This document shows, piece by piece, positions 63,434 to 64,000 of a stretch of DNA of 64,000 bases. The stretch comes from Heteronotia binoei (taxonomy: Eukaryota): contig NC_083224.1 in the NCBI RefSeq assembly GCF_032191835.1, forward strand, positions 134,912,001 to 134,976,000, written 5' to 3'. Positions within the stretch are counted from its first letter, which is position 1. The number at the start of each line of letters is the position of its first letter. The position numbers and the translations under genes are program-made. The notes below the pieces were generated by a model that was given only the letters and a program-made list of their open reading frames with translations, searched no databases and was not told where the DNA came from.

Positions 63434-64000
63434 TCTGGTATACAGATAAAGGTAGTAAGCATTTTACTAATCACTTGATCCGGAAGGCAATATTTGATGT
63501 TTGATTAAAGATAAAAAACAAGATATATAGTAAGATGCCCAGATGGGTTTCCCCAATAGAAGCATCTACAAAACCTCAACTATGGGAATTCATGAATATT
63601 GTAACATATCAGGAGTTGTTGGATGAGGATGATAAATTAAGAAAGAGGGATGATTTAGAACAGAGAGGAATAAAAATAGATTGGTGGCTAAATTTGCAGA
63701 TTATGGCTAAATTTAATAAAGATAAAGTATGTGGGTTTACTAAAGGGAATTTTGATTTCGATAAAATATTGCTGGCAAAGGAGGATAAAACGATCAGAAA
63801 AGTATACAATTATTTAATGCAAATAAAATTAGAAGACGAAAAGGTAAAAGAAGTGATGATTAAATGGTCACAGAATTTGGGGAAGACCATTAACTTAGAA
63901 CAATGGCTGCAATTGTGGAAAAATAATTATAATATCATCAAGCCAGTTAACTACAGGGAAAACTTTTTCAAAATGTTCCATAGATGGTATATTACGCCAG

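Larger units (their letters stand above)
59723..64000 (+). mobile_element. L1 LINE ORF2, 5'-truncated with 5' inversion, split by the RTE insertion; continues past the window end
   Basis: Inverted 59723-~59895 encodes DAEKAFDNLDW..FGEDFI; forward frame QAIYSEQ..TRQGCPLSP..LAYADD..GGLGLPD..GWHANL, resuming WYTDKG after 63435. Confidence 0.92.

Overview
Repeat-dense, AT-rich vertebrate genomic DNA. The SINE/LINE complement (Sauria SINE, Squam2/Squam3-like and 5S-Sauria SINEs, BovB, CR1, L2) points to a squamate reptile, probably a gecko; this is inferred, not shown. No host protein-coding gene could be identified with confidence, and most listed ORFs are chance or antisense TE frames. The main feature is a ~3.6 kb one-ended remnant of a Maverick/Polinton (adintovirus-like endogenous DNA virus) on the minus strand at 7787-11394. 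Reading inward from its 5'-AGTAGT terminus, it has CRE/ETS-rich terminal repeats, a ~114-bp tandem enhancer-like array, a previously uncalled intron-containing orphan gene with two in-frame splice donors, one acceptor and its own AATAAA, a frameshifted DDE integrase-chromodomain gene, the minor capsid (penton) N-terminal part, and, across an internal deletion, a major capsid fragment. Also present: two young copies of one RTE LINE (one with an open frame of more than 860 codons), an L1 with a twin-priming 5' inversion nested SINE>L1>RTE, a perfect 129-bp-arm foldback MITE, several perfect palindromes, a tailless 5S rRNA retrocopy, and many hAT/Harbinger MITEs with target-site duplications (TSDs). 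Coordinates were read by eye; boundaries without a TSD are approximate, and family names come from recognition, not database searches.
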